Notes under the pieces: generated by a model
Told to the model about the DNA's origin: nothing
Database searches by the model: none
What the model saw: only the letters and a program-made list of their open reading frames with translations
Translations under genes and position numbers: made by a program
In this document: positions 42,350 to 44,990 of the stretch, piece after piece
Layout: the number at the start of each line of letters is the position of its first letter
Position numbering within the stretch: the stretch's first letter is position 1
Source: an uncultured Bacilli bacterium
GTDB lineage: Bacteria > Bacillota_I > Bacilli_A > RF39 > UBA660
Length of the DNA stretch: 44,990 nt
NCBI GenBank assembly: GCA_944363795.1
Contig: CALVVG010000003.1
Coordinates: 1-44,990, forward strand
Direction: 5' to 3'

Positions 42350-42511
42350 TTTACTTGTATTCGAAATTTTATACTCTCAAGATTGATTAAATCAACTAAA
42401 TAAATTATATCAGTTTTTAAGATTATTTCAAGTGGATTATAGAAAAAAGAACTTAAATATTGTATAATATTGATTAATAATTTATCTTTACAAGAAGCAG
42501 GAGGTAAAAAA

Positions 42512-43378
42512 ATGGTTTATTTAAAAAAATTTACTTTATTAGATGAACTTCAAGAACACGATATAGTTTGTTATGAAGAAATAAGAAGAATATTTAATAA
42601 TTATTATCCTTTACATTTATTTTCAACTAAATCTTTTAAAAATATAGATTTTGATAAAATTACAATTTTTTATGGTGGTAATGGTTCAGGAAAAACAACA
42701 TTAATAAATATTATTTCAGAAAAATTAAATGCTTCAAGAAAGTCATCAATTGATAAAGGTTCATATTTTGATTTATATGTTAAGCATTGTGATTATGAAA
42801 TGTCGTTTGATGAACCAACTGAAATAAAATTAATAACAAGTGATGACGTTTTTGATTATCTTTTAGATGTACGTTCAATCAATGCTAATGTTAATAGACA
42901 AAAAGAAAAATTAAGTAAAGAGTACTTAGATTATAAATTTAATAAAGATGGAAATTCATTTGACAATTATGATGAGTTAAAAACAAGTTATGAAGCAAAA
43001 AGAAAATCAATGTCTAAGTTTGTTAGAGAACGATTAGGAAATAATAATATTATAGAATGGTCAAACGGTGAATCAGCTCTTATGTTTTGGGAAAGGGAAA
43101 TAGAAGAAGATAGCATTTATATTTTAGATGAACCAGAAAACAGTTTATCTGCAGAAAACCAATTAAAATTAAAGAAATTTATAGAAGATTCCGTTAGATT
43201 TTATAATTGTCAATTTATAATTTCTACACATTCGCCATTTTTATTAAAACTTATGGATGCTAAAATTTATGATTTAGATCAAATTCCTGTGACTACTAAA
43301 GATTGGACAGAATTATCTAACGTTTTAGTATATTATAATTTTTTTAAAGAATACGAAGATGAATTTAATAAAAAATAG
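42512..43378 (+). CDS. stand-alone ABC/AAA_21-type ATPase (COG3910-like)
   Basis: GGNGSGKT Walker A, SNGE signature, ILDEPENSL Walker B/D-loop, STHS H-loop; ATG 42512 after AGGAGGT; TATAAT at 42463. Confidence 0.9.
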   Translation: MVYLKKFTLLDELQEHDIVCYEEIRRIFNNYYPLHLFSTKSFKNIDFDKITIFYGGNGSGKTTLINIISEKLNASRKSSIDKGSYFDLYVKHCDYEMSFDEPTEIKLITSDDVFDYLLDVRSINANVNRQKEKLSKEYLDYKFNKDGNSFDNYDELKTSYEAKRKSMSKFVRERLGNNNIIEWSNGESALMFWEREIEEDSIYILDEPENSLSAENQLKLKKFIEDSVRFYNCQFIISTHSPFLLKLMDAKIYDLDQIPVTTKDWTELSNVLVYYNFFKEYEDEFNKK

Positions 43379-43399
43379 GATAGTGTAATATAATAATTT

Positions 43400-43567
43400 T
43401 GCAGTAGTGATTGGAATTATTTCCTACTTTAACGAGTCGTTAAGGGACTAAATTAATTATGACGATTAAATAGTAATACTCCAAAGGACTAACCTACACG
43501 TTGTGTAGCCGCTTCGTTGCACTTCGCTTTAAGTCCATTTCCATATTACAATATCGTTAGTACTGCA
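43400..43567 (+). ncRNA. retron msr-msd ncRNA
   Basis: Terminal inverted repeat TGCAGTA (43400-43406)/TACTGCA (43561-43567); unpaired G43407 opposite G43560; msr hairpins GGAA-TTAT-TTCC (43413-43424) and TTAACG-AGT-CGTTAA (43429-43443); long msd stem 43460-43559; directly upstream of a retron RT. Confidence 0.85.
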
Positions 43568-43586
43568 TATACGGGAGGTAGTAAAA

Positions 43587-44546
43587 ATGTGGAAATACAT
43601 AGGTACAAAAGAATGTAATGAGTTTTTACTATCTCTCAATTTAATTAATTGTAAAGATGATAAAAAATACATAAAAACTATTTATTCCATTAGTAATAAT
43701 ATAGAAAAAAATTATAAAATATATAAAATAAAAAAACGTAATGGTAAATATAGAACTATATATGAACCAAATTTAATTTTAAAACAAATTCAAAAACAAA
43801 TCTTAAATAATATACTTAATAATAAGTCTATATCAAAATATGCAAAAGCATATCATAAAGGAATTCAATTGAAAGACAATGCGATTCCCCATATTAATAA
43901 AGAAATGATTTTAAAGTTGGATATTAAAGATTTCTTTGAAAATATATCATTTTTAGATATTTATAATTATTGCTTTCCTATAGAATATTTTCCTAAATCA
44001 GTTGGAATGATATTAACTTATTTATGTACATATGATAATCACTTAACTCAAGGGTCACCGACTTCTGCCTATATATCAAATTTAGTAATGAAAGAGTTTG
44101 ATGAAGAATTAGGAAATTGGTGTAATTTAAGGAATATATCTTATACAAGATATTCAGACGATATGACTTTTTCTGGTGCATTTAATCCTAGTGAATTAAT
44201 AACTAAAGTTAGAAAAATGTTATATAAATTAGGATTAGAATTAAATAATGATAAAATTCATATAGTATATAAGTCTTCTAGTCAAAATGTTACAGGAATT
44301 GTAGTTAATGAAAAAATGCAGGTTAATGTAAAATATCGTAATAAGATAAGACAAGAAATATATTATATTAAAAAGTTTGGATTAAGTTCTCATTTAAAAA
44401 AATGTGACATTAATATTGATTCAAAAAGATGTTTAAATATATTATATGGAAGAGTTCTCTATGTTTTACAGATTAATGAAAATGATAAAGAATTTATAAA
44501 ATATAGGCAATTTATTGAAAATTTAAAAAGACAATGTAAGTCATAA
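43587..44546 (+). CDS. retron-type reverse transcriptase
   Basis: NAIPH (NAxxH, region X), LKLDIKDFF, TQGSPTS, YTRYSDD catalytic motif, VTG (region Y); 319 aa with no fused domain; GGGAGGT RBS. Confidence 0.93.
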   Translation: MWKYIGTKECNEFLLSLNLINCKDDKKYIKTIYSISNNIEKNYKIYKIKKRNGKYRTIYEPNLILKQIQKQILNNILNNKSISKYAKAYHKGIQLKDNAIPHINKEMILKLDIKDFFENISFLDIYNYCFPIEYFPKSVGMILTYLCTYDNHLTQGSPTSAYISNLVMKEFDEELGNWCNLRNISYTRYSDDMTFSGAFNPSELITKVRKMLYKLGLELNNDKIHIVYKSSSQNVTGIVVNEKMQVNVKYRNKIRQEIYYIKKFGLSSHLKKCDINIDSKRCLNILYGRVLYVLQINENDKEFIKYRQFIENLKRQCKS

Positions 44547-44557
44547 TGACCTAGAAT

Positions 44558-44763
<206 letters not shown>

Positions 44764-44770
44764 TTACCTT

Positions 44771-44783
44771 ATGGAGCAATAAC
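44771..44783. repeat. att-like direct repeat, right copy
   Basis: ATGGAGCAATAAC; flanked by GTGCG (44753) and TGAAAC (44794). Confidence 0.6.
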
Positions 44784-44990
44784 AAAGGTTATTTGAAACT
44801 TCTAGAGAAAGTTGACAAACAACTAATTTCTAATAATATTTTAACACAAATTTTGTTATTTTAGACAAAAAAGTTTAAAAATATGTTATAATATGTTTTA
44901 CAAAGGGAGGTTTTAAGGTTGAAAATAAATAATTAAAATTAAGGCATACAAAAGGATTTCAAAAAATCAAAATTTTTTTGAAATGAAATT

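Noticed and set aside
43400-43567. Tiny ORFs within the retron ncRNA (MTIK on +; 16-aa MEMDLKRSATKRLHNV on -)
   Set aside because: Very short, poor or absent RBS; structure explains the sequence better.
2340-44181. Short overlapping ORFs in the track (2340, 2732, 3533, 3573, 4459, 4693, 11795, 14717, 21396, 28709, 28783, 43993)
   Set aside because: Antisense or alternate-frame shadows of well-supported genes, with no RBS or motif noticed.
26310-44546. Diversity-generating retroelement (RT plus the surface protein at 26310 as target)
   Set aside because: The RT has retron signatures (NAxxH, VTG) and an msr-msd; I saw no TR/VR repeat pair or avd gene.
43587-44546. Group II intron, Abi/DRT or CRISPR-associated RT
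   Set aside because: No maturase X domain, intron domain V, long C-terminal extension or cas genes.

Overview
Very AT-rich chromosomal window from a Bacillota genome. It uses genetic code 11 (TGA is a stop), and gene content and style suggest a reduced-genome gut Bacilli lineage such as RF39 (inference). Left end (1-5 kb): an operon of four short pilin-like genes with a shared non-canonical M-K/R-E-x-x-G/S N-terminus and a degenerate TadZ/CpaE-like gene, then a TrbC/VirB2-like pilin and a pilin-fold surface protein. Middle: mostly housekeeping genes (uvrA, lgt, trxB, gltX, cysS, a D,D-carboxypeptidase, uppS, ldh, dgkA, uvrB, ppaC, gpmA). It also holds a frameshifted MerR regulator with an intact 19-bp-spacer target promoter, a surface-protein gene whose promoter spacer is a T18 tract, a Gly-rich prepilin adhesin, spore-coat-like genes, an ABC exporter with a two-component system, and a two-gene SufC/SufB(D)-like pair. 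Right end (41-45 kb): an accessory region with a decayed DHH phosphoesterase and a ~2.4-kb module carrying a stand-alone ABC/AAA ATPase and a complete retron (msr-msd ncRNA with a1/a2 repeats, a candidate branching G and a branched msd, plus an NAxxH/YSDD/VTG reverse transcriptase). The module lies between two ATGGAGCRATAAC att-like direct repeats. It contains no HNH or TOPRIM effector, and an IS256-like end remnant sits just after the RT. All calls come from reading the sequence by eye; no searches or folding programs were run.
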